A stretch of DNA of 64,000 nt. Source: Ascidiella aspersa. Lineage: Eukaryota. Positions within the stretch are counted from its first letter, which is position 1. Every line of letters starts with the position of its first letter. Below are positions 35,201 to 50,200 of the stretch, piece by piece. The stretch is taken from NCBI GenBank assembly GCA_963924565.1, contig OZ004614.1, forward strand, positions 10,664,001 through 10,728,000, in the 5' to 3' direction. The notes under the pieces are model-generated. The model was not told the DNA's origin and made no database searches. It saw only the letters and a list, made by a program, of their open reading frames with translations. The translations under genes were made by a program, and so were the position numbers.

Positions 35201-38200
35201 TCAATTGATGACGTGGCAGAAGATCGTCGGGATGAACCAAAAATGTCCGGCTGAACCTTTACAAAAATAGTACTAATAACACAGGGTGGAGGGGTCTATG
35301 TATAGTCAGCGGCGTTTCTCAAAGGGACAAAACCAATCATCGGAATAGGAGAGAATTTGAAGGAGCCAGAGTTACCACCGCTTTTGCCCAAACGGCCCTT
35401 GACGAGTAAACAGTATAGGTTTAAGATTTGTGCTTTGACATCGGCAAAAGCTTAAGAAGTTATAGTTTTTATTCATTTTGTTCCAAGTAAATAGTTTATT
35501 GTCATTCTATTCTCCCGCACATCTCATCTAAATATAGGAGTTAATTAAATATATGTAGATAAACTGAAGTGTTATTTGGACGTTATTGTAGGAGTAGGGA
35601 AGCCTGACAGTTTACATTTTATGCTGATACCAATACCTTATCTATATTGTGGACATAAAGCATCGCGATCCGATGCGATACCAAATGACGTCATTGGCAT
35701 GCTCCAATATGCAAAAGTGGTGGAATTGAACGTTCAAGTGTATTTTTTTCGGTTATTAGGCCAACTGCTGCAGTGAACTACTGTAGTCGGCGTCCCGAAG
35801 GAATCGACAACAATTTTGGGCCGCAACCAATCAGATTAAAATTACTGGTAAAACTTACGTGTAGCGTTTCCGTCATTCGCGGCGACAGCGGGGGCAATTG
35901 AAAAGGAATGTCGCAGTGGTGGAGCGAGTGGGTGAACTGGGGTGACTTGCGTCCAGGAGGGGTCCCGATCCGGGCTGCTGGGGCCTCAAGGGACACGGGG
36001 TGTATGCGCAGTGTCGGCGACGTGTCGATGTTGATCGTCGGCGTGGACCCGCTGTAAAAAAACGCACATAAAAATCGGCTTTATATTACACCAAACAGAC
36101 ACATATTTGATGATAGTCTTATAAAGTTTTTTTCTGTCAGTGAACCTCGAAATTTAGGGGTTGTAGAACAGTGCTCCCCAACCTTTTTTCAGTTTGCGAC
36201 CCACTTTTAATGCAAGTTTTATTGTGCGACCCACAATGAGATATAAAATCAAATTAATGAGAAAAAAAAAACAATGCATACACATTCAATTTACTAATAA
36301 TGCGAAACTGAAGCTTGCATATTGGATATTATCAGCATAAATGTTACGTAATAATAATGCAACAATTTCCCGATCTAATAGAAAACTGTAACATTAGAAA
36401 TGCCTCGCGAACCACCTGAAATAGGCTGGGAAGCACTGTTATAGAGTGACACTTGTATGTTTTACATTCGTACGACTTGACCAACGTTGCTACGCATAAT
36501 ACTCATTACCGGCGGATAACAACGAGGAACTATAGCAGGTTTGCACACTTGAAGAAAACTTTCAGCCTGAAGGTCTGGTGTAATATTTTTCCCTTTTAAA
36601 GTGTTCACAGCACTGTATGGAACCATGTTTTACACAAATTGCAATATATGTTAAATTATCTGGTAAATGCACGTTTTTATTTGCGCAAATTGATGACGTC
36701 CGTATGATATTGTCACTGTGTCGTAAGTACCTAATATCAAACTTAAAAAAATATAAACTCAATATAGAAAAAATAATAAAAAATAGGCCTCAAACTAGAC
36801 ATCCTATTTTTTCGCTTTGTGATTTTCATGTGATTTCGGTGGAGCCATTCAGCTATGAAATCAATAGTGCTAATCTATTTATGAGCCCATTGTGCCAAGC
36901 TTCCTTTTAAAGTTAACATGTTGCCGATAGACATTAAATAAACACAATTTTTGTCAACTTAAGTTCGTTGCATATTTGCGCTACACTTTGTTCGATAACA
37001 ACACGCTCCTTAAGATTTAACAAATTACGACGTCACGTTGTCACTAACTTGTGACGTAATTTTCTCAAATAAACTATTATGCCCCTCAAAAAAAGTCCCA
37101 GAACCGCCCTGTACGTGTTTTTTCCCCGAGCGATTCGACAAACGGCCCGCGAGGCACTGTTTTGATCCTGATTGATCAGGACCCTTTTGCCCCATGTGGT
37201 TGCCACGTCTTGCGTGTGTGTATCACGTTCGAACACAAACTTTCCGATTCGTTGATTTCGGTTGAAAAACCTTTCCTGCTAACGGCAAGTCGTGAAGAGT
37301 TCTGCGAATTTTTGCTATTCTTGTTCGCCTTTACGCTCGAACGGCGCCACATTCGACAGGCAACAAACAGTCAGATATTATCCGTCGTAAAACGTGGAGG
37401 TAATTTGCAACGTGAAATGTCTTTACGCACAAACGCTTGACGTTTTGAAAGCACTGCCAAATCAAGCGTTAAACTTCGCAAAGGTCAAAGGGAATGCGGT
37501 ACACAATATTCCTCCAGAAGCAGCAATATTCTGGCTCGTTGGTCGAGGATGAGGCAAGAAACATTTAAGTTAACATTTGCTTCAAATTGTAGAATACCTG
37601 TATCCATTTCGAATATCCCATTTGCTTGGCAATATGTGCTGACATGCCTCGTTAAACATTTCACTTATCGGCATTCAGAATGCTAATGTTAAAACCTTAA
37701 GATAAGTATTTCTGCGAAAAATAACTTTTAATTTAGTCCACCTGTACTTTGTAAGTGATACTACCTACATAAGCAACTATTCAATCAAGTCAAGGGAAAA
37801 ACTTACAGGACGAAAAAAATAGATTTTAATATATTCTTCAGCCTACAAAGACTACAACTGGCGGGATTAAAAATAACGCAACATCGCTGCCAAATTTGCA
37901 ACTGGTCCAAGGGTTGTGAACATTGCGCCTACAGTCGAAACAACAATTTAGGTGACTATTCCTAAACTGATAGTGTGCAATCAAGGCCGGCCGAGCCAAA
38001 TGCGGCCGACAAAGCGAGATTATGCTGCGTGGCATGTTTTAGTTGGAGGACCGCTAAAAGAATAGTCCTACGAGTATAGTTTTATGGCTAATTCGAATGA
38101 AACGTGTTAATCGCATAATGAGTTTGTTGAGGTTTCTTTGCAATTCTTCTGAGAATAAGAGCAAAAATGCTGTTTAATATGTTAATCTTCGATTTTCAAA

Positions 38201-41200
38201 TACTACAGCATACGGCCTGACAACTCAAATGGCTGAAAAATTGGCACTTGTCTAATGCACGTAAAGATGTCCCCAAGTTTGCCAGCATTTTAGTTAAGGT
38301 GTATAGGGTCGATAAGAACTGGGGGTTTCAGGAAAGTTTATACCTCTACACTCCCACAAATAAACTCTACGTGGATCAGGTATACGCTGTCAAAACCAAA
38401 TACAACGGCATTAAAAATACGAAGCATGCAAATCTAGAACATGCTTAACCTGAAATTACACCTCAACTCGTAACTTAAATCTGATTTGTTTACATTTTCA
38501 AAAGATAACCCGAAATGAATAGGAATTGTTTTGGGTTTAATCGGTTATTCGAACTATCGCATTACGGTTACGCCCCTAAAAAAGATAGCTTTATTGCTGA
38601 CTCCCGTCAAAACGGCTATTCACCATTTATATTGCTCTACGGCCAGAAAATGCGTGGTAAGAAAACTGAGGGCGCACCTTAACGACCTACCTTAAGGTGA
38701 ACACGTACATCACCTGTCGGCCGCAGCTGGCAACTGGCGTGCACTATACTAATGAGCCTCATAACTGCTTTAGTACAGTAGCTCCTCACCAATTGACAGT
38801 TACTATGCAAATTATCAGGACGTCTGCGGTCGGTTTCGCGTTACAGCTCTTAAGCAAAAAAACACATTCGAACCCTGAAGATTTTGCGGGGTTGGAGTGA
38901 CTGAGCAACGAATTTACAAAATTTGGCTTGCAGCCGTTTCTTACGCCGTGTCGCCGTTGCATTGCGCTAAAATAATGTCAACCGCGTCTAAAAACTAGTT
39001 TATATCGACCTATAGCGTAAACAGAATTAAAGTCCGTACAGTAATGTACGAAGTAAAGAGTAAGTCAACGACCAACATACCATCTTTTTCTTCAGCTACA
39101 ACGTTTATACCACCTAAACATGATTTTCTTAAATAAAAAGCGCGGGCTTCATACATAAAAGCAAATGCTATCGATCTTTTGTAGTTCATACGTAAATAGA
39201 AACAATAACCTTGTTTAAAGCCAATATTTGCAGCCCCTCCTGTAGCCGTGTGTTCACAATTGTTTGACAAACAAAAATCGTTTCAAACAATCGTTCTCGT
39301 TTTAGATAGTGATGTATTAGTTTTCAAATGTACTGTTTTCCAAAGCAAAATTTGAATGTGCAGGCAAGCATCAAATTACTTGTCTTGTTAATCTATTGGG
39401 TGTTTCTATTAGTTTAAAAATCTGCTAACCTCGACTACGTCACAACATCTACTGAATTAATCTGTGGTTAAAGTCACGTACATAATATACTTTTTATGTC
39501 CTAAATCATTGTGATACACAATTGCCGAACTTAACCAGGCGCTTTCGATAAATACGTTTTATATATAGGTTCATGATTAGTAAATAAGTTGATCGGTTAA
39601 ATTAATAGTAGCATGGCTAAAAAGATATTAGCAAGAGGCAAAATACTTTTGTGATACACGTTTGACTGTTCCTGTCTAAAACTTGCCAAGAATACAATGG
39701 TTGATACCTTTTCTACAACAGTACTGTAAGCACAATAACTAGAAAGCTTAGCGCAACACTAAGACCCGACTAACGAACTCTTACTCTATTTACAGCCCTG
39801 GAAAAGGCAGCAGCTGTTACCAAGGCTAAAAACGATGCAGTACATGCCACTCGCACACACTAAGACCACTCTGAATAAGCGCTGCGCCGTTTAAATAGAA
39901 CCACAGTGAAAGGGAAAAAACACACGCGTTTCTTTGTTTTCTAGACAACTGCTGTCTTTTAACTACGCATGCAATCATTTCTAATGCATTTGTAGCAGCT
40001 TAAAGAATATGTCATAACTAGGGCCATTTTTATTTTAACCTAAAAAAAAAATTTTAACTTTATTTCTATCAAATTTTAACTTTATTTTAACCTAACGAAA
40101 TTGCTTATTTGTAGAGGCTACAGTTTCTCCTTGAATTGATACCAGTTACCCAAACATAATATTTTGTCAATTTCAGACCCAAACGTAATATTTTGTCGAA
40201 AAGTCAAGGTGTTTTATGGATTTTTAAAGTGCTTTGTGTTTTCTGGCGTTAGATTTAGCTTGCTTAGGCATTTTTGTATTACAGAATGCCAGTAGGCTAT
40301 TACTAAGATCCAAACTGTTGATCTTCGAAAAGACCACGTTTATGAAGAGGAAGTGTTTTATAAGAATTATTCAAATGCGTAACTGTACGAATAAAAAAAT
40401 GGACAATTTGCGCTATAAGTTACTGCTGATCCAAGTTGGCATTGTTACATATTTCCTGCTTTGATAGGTTAATATGGTTTAATTGTGTCGCAGTTCCTGA
40501 TTTACAATCCTTCCATGACGATTTTTACAAAAGTTACTAAAAAAATTTTAACTTTATTTTAACCTATAAACGTATTTGAAATAGTCCCCTAGGTGCTGAA
40601 AACAACTTTATTCTTTGATTCGTGGACAGATGAGCTCCTTAAAAAAATTTAACTTTATTGACTTTTGCGGGCCCTATAGTTATAACATCACAGAACCTAG
40701 TTGGGTCTCGGGGCGGTGGACAATCTTTATATTCAACGTTTCGTGCCGGTTTGTTAATCCTTATGTATTTGTAAGTGCGGATTCAATACTTTTTGCGTCA
40801 ACGACCGACTGTTTTTAGCTTGTTTTCTTTTGGTGGCTGATAAATTTACCATCTTTAGTGTGCACCAGTCGCGTTAAAAGTGTTTACGTTTGCCGAAAAA
40901 TGTTTTTTTTATCACGAATATAGGCGTATTGTGTATTTCTACATTTTGCTCAAATGTTTGCCTTCTTCTCACTGTATTTAAAGCAACGTGGTTTAATTGT
41001 AGACAGCCATACGAAGTAGGAATAAGCTTCAATCTAAAGATTTTCGCTGTAGATAGTTTTTCGCTAAAATACTAGTGCGCGGAAAAAAGTGGGATCAAAT
41101 AGTTTCAGGATCTACAAAACTCTGACAACTATAGTCACACAAGGTTAAAATTGATTGATGTATTTTTTCGTATGGAATACATGTTCCTCTTGATAGTTAT

Positions 41201-44200
41201 CCTGTACATACATCCTAGTAAGGCTTCTTTGCAACCTGTACATTACTAAACTCGATTAGTATGTCTTAAATAGGTTTGTGGCGTCGCTCTACGTAAACGA
41301 AGTGGCCTATTGATTACGCTCATAATAACGTCAAACGATAGGGTTTAAAATTGATTTGCCGTCAGCTACGGAATCGGCTAAGACGTCTCAAGTTTTAAAG
41401 ATGGCAATAAAGGATAATCGATGGCTCTCTATTATTTTCCAAGGGCACAGCAGTCGTCCAACCTCTACCAACGTCGAGTTTTGTCGCCTTTTATTGCCTA
41501 AAAACGTTTTACGCAACTTTACGGAATGTCTGTTAAATGGAAAAAAAACAGGTCATCCTGATTGGGGGTTGATAGCGCGTTTAAACTACACATATGATTG
41601 ATCATTCTCTGGGCCTCTTGGAATCGAAAATTGCTGTTAAATAACTATTTGTAAAGCTCCTTGGACATTTGGGAAAAATCCCAAGAGACGAGCTCATTTA
41701 CACAATTCTTTGCTGGTTACACTTGGCCGTTTAACAGAAGCTGTTACCATTGTCATGTTTTTTTTTCTAGGATGTTGGAAAAAATGACATGTAATACAAC
41801 TTGCTTGAGTTGTTGTGTGTGATATAGTCAATGTTTTAGGAGCAAGCGAGCTAGCCTACTATAGTTGCATTTGTTCAAGAACGAGAATAAGTTGTGTGCG
41901 TACACGAGGTCAGCTACAGGCCGTTAGGTATAGGTACCAGTTTACCATAATATGGCGTAACAACTGTTCTAACCAAACATACTCCAATATGTCGTCTCAC
42001 ATAGCAAATATATATAAAAGGGGTCAAAACATTGATAAATTGTTAATATAATTAGTAGAGTGCAAATCGGAAAATCGTGTATTACATTTTAGCTGCTTTT
42101 TATGCAAAGCTTATAGGCAGGGTTACCATCTGCTCAGACCAAAGATAAGCACGCTACTCAAAAAAATAAGCACGCTACTGAAAACCAGGGTCAGATCCAG
42201 GTTTGCGGGGGTGAAATCCAAGCTTTCAGGAATAATGTCTTAAAATAAAATAAAAACACCTATTTTTGTATGCGCAAAACGTAGCTTAATCGCGCGAAGT
42301 ACGAAAAAATGCCTTTATTTGCTTGAAATAGTTTATCACCCGTATTTAATGCAAGCTTTGTTAACTATTTTGCGTCGGAGCGCACCTGTACACCTTTTGA
42401 AACGCCTGCAGCTGACCCTTCCTGCCTTGTAGTCAAGTTTATTTCACTTGGCGGAGTTTAGCTCGTAATAAAATTATTCATTGAATGATCTACTGTAATG
42501 CTTCTAGCATTTTTTGTTGTTGTTGTACCATTGTGTTTTCCATGCTTCTAGGCTGATTTCGCAAACACAATAACAGCAATGATTATAGCTCTTTTCCCTT
42601 TTGATTTCATTTGACATTAGAAAATTCATTTTCATGTTTATCACAAAAATACGTGCATATGCTGACTCATTCTCTTAAATAATATTTTGTCTGTACTGGC
42701 AGTCTGACACACGTATGCCTATACCTAAAATATCAGTCCTCACCTCAAGCCGAAAGTTTACTTGATTGCTAAAGCAAACTACCACACTTCTATAGGCTAC
42801 AATGTACTTTCTAGAAAAAAACAATCGAAATCCATTGAAATCCATTGTAATTATGCAATTTAATGCACTGTTATTATAATCTGGGTCAAAAAACTAAATA
42901 TACATAAATGAAGTCTCTCACTCCTCCGTCAATGTAAAAGAATTGATAAAGAACACTTTTAGAAATTAAAATAAGACAAACTAAGCACACACCTCTAAAA
43001 TAAGCACGTTTCTTAGAAATAAGCACGTTTGTGTTTTCTAAGACACTGCACCCAATAATAAGCACAAATCTTAGAAATAAGCACGGTATGGCAACCCTGC
43101 TTACAGGTCTCATAAGACAACGGGTACCAACTGTTCCGCGGGTCACAAATAATATTGTGTCCTGTTGGGTTTGGACCTCCTAAATATAGAAACTTCTATC
43201 AATTAACCAGATTTTTAATTTTACTGTTCTTTTTTTGACGACGTGATTGATATCTTTAAAACTAGAAAGTTATTCCTGCACCTTCTGATATGCTATAGCT
43301 AGGTCAGCACATCATCTGGCATTCCTAACTATTATTAGTTTTTGCAATTCCGGTATCGCCAATCAATTTTAAAATTTGGAAACCTAATACAATTAACAAA
43401 AAGGTTCGCCGACTTGTTTGCTGAAACAGCAGGGAAAAAAAACAAAATATATAATTAAACTTTCGCGAAACCGACAGAGCTTTAAAAAAAATGTATTTCA
43501 ATTAGCATCATTATGCAAAATTGCTCTACAGATAACATACAGGGTTGGGAATAAAACGGTAAAAAACAATCGCCCACCAAAAAAACAGGCGAGCGTTGAA
43601 AGAATGATTCGTCGACATTGCGCGATTAGTCAAATACAGTTAATTTGTTTTGCGGGTGTTGGTCTGTTAATGCGAAAGCTGCCGCGTGCCACTCAAACAG
43701 TCGGGCACGTCGTAAATCGTGCAACTTCAATACTTTGGAGCAGGAAGCTATACCGTTTGAATTTACCATAGTTTGGCTTCAAATTTGTTTCAGTTAAGAT
43801 CAATTTAAAAGTTCTAGTTTATCTTCTGTTCGCAAAAACTACAAAATTTCCCAAGTTTGCTTTTAAAATTATGTCGGGCGCTGCCAGAGCGTTTAGCGCC
43901 CATTTTTACATTCACTGTCATAGAAAACTTAATCAACTTTCTATAAAGTAATCAAAGTAAACAAAAGGCCAATTATTAAAACCTAAAACAATGCAACGTC
44001 TATTTAATAGTAACGAGATGCAATGATTTGCCGTATTTTTTTTTGCAGCGCGTATCATATTTTGCCGTAGCTATTAGCCTTTTGTTTCGTAACCATATTT
44101 TTTTCTATTAGTTTCATGGCTTCATATTGACCACACGAGTAACCAGCATGACAGTAATTAGGTTAACAATATTTAAGTTATTCATTGCTCATACAATCAT

Positions 44201-47200
44201 CGTACAGTATAACTTGACACTAACAATCTAACATGGTATAACTAGATACTTTTATCAATAAGGTTCGGTTCCGGTTCCGAAAAAATAAGACCATAGCCAG
44301 TTACAAAAGTTCTGCTTCGGGCTCGGTTCCTCTCCCTGCCTTAAAATGAATAGCTTAAAAATGTAGCCTAATGTATATCATTTCAAAAAATCCAAAATAA
44401 AAGATTGCTCGTAATCAAAAAACACGAAGTTTATGAATATATAAAGAGAAAATTTGAATGATGAACCTTAAAGTCCTACACTATTTATGTTAATAACAGG
44501 TAACCTACTATTAATATAACTCATTACCGAGAACCTGTCAAAAGTTCTGCCGTCTGAATATAGTATTACATATAGTCAAAATGTCGATGAAGTACCCCGA
44601 AATATACGACCTTTACTAAACCAAAATAATTGTTTTTTACCTTTCCGTTTTTCTATCTTCGAAACGCCACATCGATTTAGGTTTCCAAACGTAGCACTTG
44701 GCCGCCAAAATACAAAGTTTCTACTTCGCTTTTGTTCAATTATACTGCAGTCAAATTTGCGTGTAATGTTTACAACTGTGCAGACCTTCAAGTATTTCAG
44801 ACCAGCGTAAAAATCTCGCGCAAACCCATTTCAAGTGGTGATAATCCCGCGCCACAATGGGGCCACCGCTTTGGCGCCTTCGTCATCTGCCTTTTATGTC
44901 GCCAATATCCCCTTATTGTGACGTCGCAATGCGATAGCAAACATGTATCCGGGTTCAGGAAAACTTGACAGCGGCGCACAGCGAGAGAAAGGGCGAACTC
45001 TTTGCCGACGAAGTTAACCGAAATGCGTCATAACTGAGGTTGGCATTGTTACGTCAATGTTGCGATGGTTAATAATAATTGGTATTGATCACAAATCAAA
45101 AATATTTCCACTCATTGTTTCTCTGCCTACGTTGCTTCGTTTCCAGCTAAACAAGAAGTGTTGTATAATAAATAAACCCCTTTGGACAAAAGGCTTATGT
45201 GGCGATGTTAAGCCTTCTTTGAATAATCCGCAAACACACAAATACGATAATCGCCGCAAGGCCACTTCAAATGTCCATCGGTCGCTGAGGGCTAAACCCT
45301 CTGAAAGGACCAACTCCTTCAAAATTTTAAAGAGCTTTTGCGTTTCTTTTTCAAGTGTTTACCTCCATAACTGATCTGGTCAGTCGTTTGTCTACATTGC
45401 TGACTGAAATCGTTTGAACACGTTGTGATTCTTTTAAACAGTGATTCCTAATTTTCGATATTTTAATATTCGAAACGTTTTGACAAAGTTACCTATCGAT
45501 GACAGGATTTGATTTTCGGCCGACTTGTTATTATGGGTCCTGATAACGTATAAAAACACCCAAAATTCATTGTTGAAACAAAACTGAATATTAAAACATA
45601 TTATTTGTGTTGCTTTCCTCGCTAATCGATACCGCGCTGCACGCACCTTCTGTTCGATTAGCATAATTTATGGCGGTTTCTTTTAAAATCGTTCTTAAGT
45701 CACTAAAGTACAAATCTTTGACGCACCACAACCTCGAATTGTTGTTGAATCAGTTCCACGTTTGGCTGAACTCAATGCAAACAAGTTTCATTTAACCGCG
45801 GGGATGTTTGAGCGAAGAGCAAGTAAACTGTTTTTAGATATTTCGTTTCAGGAACGTATAGCAACCAGAATCGGAAATTTTGCAGTAAGTAATAACTTCA
45901 CGATTAAAATAAATCTATTTACTTTCCTCAATAAGCATCATGGCCCTTACCCGGCATATTCGCAATGAAAAAATTTGTAACAGTTCAGCGGGCGTCAATT
46001 GCGCCCAAAACATAGGGATTTGTGTCGAGATAAACACACGATTTCGCATATCCTTCCGTTTGTTACTAAAACACCTGCTTTATTAACGGTTCGCAGATGG
46101 CTGATAAGTCGTTGAAATTTGCCATGAATAAAAATGCCGTAGAAATCCGTTTTTTAAGTTTGTTTGCACAAAAATTGTCCACAAAATAACTTTGTTGAAC
46201 ATTTTTCATAAAAATGAATCAGGTTTAAACAGAATTCAACCAAGTGTTTCATTTTTTGCAATGTTTTCCTATTCGATCGCTAAACGACTTATGTTGTAGT
46301 TCTACAATACATTTCAACACAAATTTTACGCATGGTTAAAGCATTGCGACATGGCATGAAAAATGTCCAACAAAGTTTATTGTGCCGGCAATCTTTGGAC
46401 AGACAAACTTTAAATTAAGCTTTATGGTCAGAAACTATTACAGCTCAGAAACAAAACTGGATCTTTGCGGCGTTTTTATTAATGGCAAATTTCGTTTCCT
46501 GTGTTATCTCACAACAAATGATGGGATAAAGTTACAGTAGTCCTCAATCAACTTACAGCAGCGCACTTTTTCGAAGGCGCCCGAATCTGCGCGTTTTTTC
46601 TGCGAAAAAGCAGTTACGTGCCAGACAAGTCCGACGTTATTCGGCCGCAAGCAAACAGCGCTGTTTGAGAAAAAAACAATGTGACGCCATGTTGAATGAA
46701 GGTTTGTTATCGGAAAGTGGTCCGTCTATGACTATGTGTACAATGTAGAAATAGCGGCAATGTATGCGGGAGAACTTTCTAGGTCTGAGAAGTTATCGAT
46801 TATTTTGGAATTGTTTCAATGGTGGCTTTATGTCATTTGTCATAAGGATGTTTGTTTCCAAATTGTGAATTCAAGTCGATAATTAAGTGCTGTTGTTAAA
46901 AAAAAATAGATTTATTTTATTTCTAGCCCTTGTGTCAAAACAATATACCTTGGTCTGAACCACTTTTAATTTGTTTTTTCTAATCGTCCTTCCGAAACAA
47001 TGCTCATCATTTTTTGGTCTCTAGGTCTGTTAATTGATATTAGGGCCTATTTCGGTCGAATGTTGGTGGAATGAAAAATATTAGGCATATTATGTGTTGA
47101 ATATAAAATGTTTTCAACATTGATGTTTCATTTTTTTTCTATGGTATTATATAGAAGTGTTTTGATGAAATTTTGTTCGACTGTAATTCGAATTGGCCAA

Positions 47201-50200
47201 GTCACAGGCGTTTAACAATTCCGCGATCGCTTATGAATATTAGTATGGTTTATTATGTATGTGGCAGATCATGTGTGGAGTCGTTGGAAAGGTTTGATTA
47301 AGCGCTACCCGAATATTTTGCTCTCGTGGCGCGTAAATGATTTTTTTGTTGAAATTATGGCGAATGTTATTATTTTCTGAATTTTATTATATTTTTTAAC
47401 TGGGAAAATATAAAAAATATTCTTATCGTTGTGGCGAAATTTAAAAAAAATTCTGAAGGCAAATATGTTTACTTTGCCGGTTTTTGTGCTGGCTAGCTTC
47501 TGGTGGCTTTACATTGGGCAAGAAAGAGGCACCGGACAACATTTTTTGTTGTATAATAAACTTCACGTATGACCAATAATAAAAATTTAAGGGTCAATTC
47601 GGACAAAACAACTATACGCTGTTTGCTTTACTAATTTTGTATATAGGGACCTCAGTATGTGGTGTAACATATAAGCGCGATAAACCAATTGAATCGGCAA
47701 GAAAAATTATAGAAATTATACTGTTTCCGTCTTTGAAATACACGTTGAACAGAACCGTCGATTTGAGCCAATTATTTAGCTGTGGCCCGAAGTTTAGAAA
47801 AGTTTTTAGACTACTAATTTAAAAATCTTTATCTCTACGTTTCATTCGATATTAGCAACAAGACCTGCATCATTAACGCGTCGCCTATTACAGTTGCATC
47901 TATAAATAACCTACAATATTACAGTTACATCTAAAAACAACCCACATTATTACAGTTACATCAAAACAGAACGTACATCTAAAAACACCCCACTGACACT
48001 AGCTACTGTGTATTTTATTTTCGTCCTATAGTAAATTCTAAATATGATATGGACGTCGAAATCGCGGTCGTCAAAATACCGAAATATCGAAATGTTGTTA
48101 TTTGGGTCCTCGCGGTTTTTACGTTCCACGCCAAAAGCGATTGATTACCCCTTTTGGAAATCTATTGTGTTGTTGCGTAACCGACGTACTGTCGTTTTTT
48201 TTTCGCGAAAATTAAAATAAGCACTTCACGGATTAATGGTTTTGGTGATGTGAGGCGGTTGGCAACGTGCCAGAGGCTCGGCCGCATTTCTATTGGAAAC
48301 CGCGTGAGGCAGAAGCCTCATATCGCGTTACGACTGTCGCCCGTGCGGTTTGCAGTTTATACCCCTGGCAAGCTTTCAATGCATAACTGGGCATTATAGG
48401 TGTCGCCTACTGCCTAGTCATTGTGCTTGGGCAAATTCCTGCCGCGTGGAAAATTCAAGATGTTTGTCGTGTTCTTTGTGCGCCCCAATTTGCCGAATTG
48501 TCTCAAACTTGGACCCAAGTCTGGCAAAACTGGCAAGTTTACACTGTAAGGGCGGCTTTTATTTAGCACAGTCTGTTTTTGTGTGCTGATAATATTTTTG
48601 TGTGCTGATAAGTCGATAAGAAAATGAAAACCTCTGTTGTCAGGATTTTTTCAATTTTTCAAGAAAGCAATAAAACGGCTTAGTGCCCATTGGTTTATAT
48701 TTCTAAATAAGGTATTTTTTCAGATACAATTTCCAAAGTAATATTCTAGGATCACACCAAACTTAATGTTGATATAAGAAAGGATCACAATTCAAAATAA
48801 ATGAAAAAAAACACACCATAACATTTAAGCACCTATACCGTAAACAGTTACGTCAGGCATCCTAAAAGTGAAACAATTAGCCCACCTCATTTCGGACGAA
48901 TTATCTTCTATCTCTGCGAAAACAAACGTTGATGCTTTTAAATGCGATGCACTATTTTAAAATTCCTGAAATTTCGGTGGCTAAAAGGATACGGTACGGT
49001 GTTCACTGGCAACATTTTTACGTATTAAATCGAATCAAATGACGTATTGAATCGATCAAATGAGTGTTTACGGAAGTATACGTGATCAGTTTTGACCGTG
49101 GATCCCGAAAATGTGGTAACGCATCGCCACTACAGCGATCAAATGATGCCTGAAAACAGTTTGATCCTATTTCGCGGTCACCAACGCTCGCTATGTACCA
49201 GGAACACCTTGTGTTCCTCGCCGATATGACGTCACGATTTGGCCGCTGTCACGTAATAATACAGCGAGTGTTGTGCTTGCGATTAAATGATTGTCAGCCG
49301 CGTGTGGTCTATCTCGATAAAGGATGGCATTCAGGATTGAAGATGCGTCATAATGCAGCCGTTCATGCGCTCATAATGCAGCTGCAGCATGAACGATCTA
49401 GTTTTTTTATCCTAGTTTACAGTCGAACGATAATTGTGCTTAAATTATAAAACAATAATTGTGCAGAAATTCCCCCCCCCCTTTCGTGGCTTTGTTGTTG
49501 TATTTTTAAATACTAAAGCTACTCACCTCAGAGTAAAATGTATTTTTTTTACTTATAAGAAAAGTGGTATTATTTTTGCAAGTTTAGAATTTTATTATAT
49601 TTTATTTAAGTCAATAGGTTATTTTAATTATTAGGGCGGCGCGTCATAAGCGCTCACAACAAAAACAAACTTGAAAACCTAACAATATTTTTTAATTTGA
49701 CGTCAGAAAAATATTTAAGTGTCAAACTTAAGTCTTGCCGCGAAAGATAATTTCAGTAACTATAAGTGAGGCGCACCAGCAAAACTAAAAACACAAAAAA
49801 GTGTTTATAATCATATTAGATTTACTGCAACTACACGATGCTTAATTTACAATTTGGATACGCATAAAAATTTTAGCAGTTCTTAAAAACAAAGTAATAT
49901 ATATCCATAGGCACCTGCATAAATTTAATGTTTTTAAGCACTATATTTGAACAGAATCTATACAGCACATTATATACGCTCTTGCTCAACAAAACATTTT
50001 AAAAGGTCTCGCTGGCTGCATATATGTAGCTTCCCTATGTTATTCACACAGTTTGTAAGAAGTTTAACGGGTTTTCGGTAGTTTTCAGATATACCAAATA
50101 CCAAATTAGAAAAGGACACATATAGAAGCTATAAACAACAAATTGACTTGGATAGTGTTATGGTGGGCGAAATTGCAATGGGTTCTCCTATAATTGCTTA

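Noticed and set aside
37170-37352. Possible alternative TM-less first exon of SYT15 (MWRRSSVKANK...)
   Set aside because: No convincing phase-2 donor to join exon 3.
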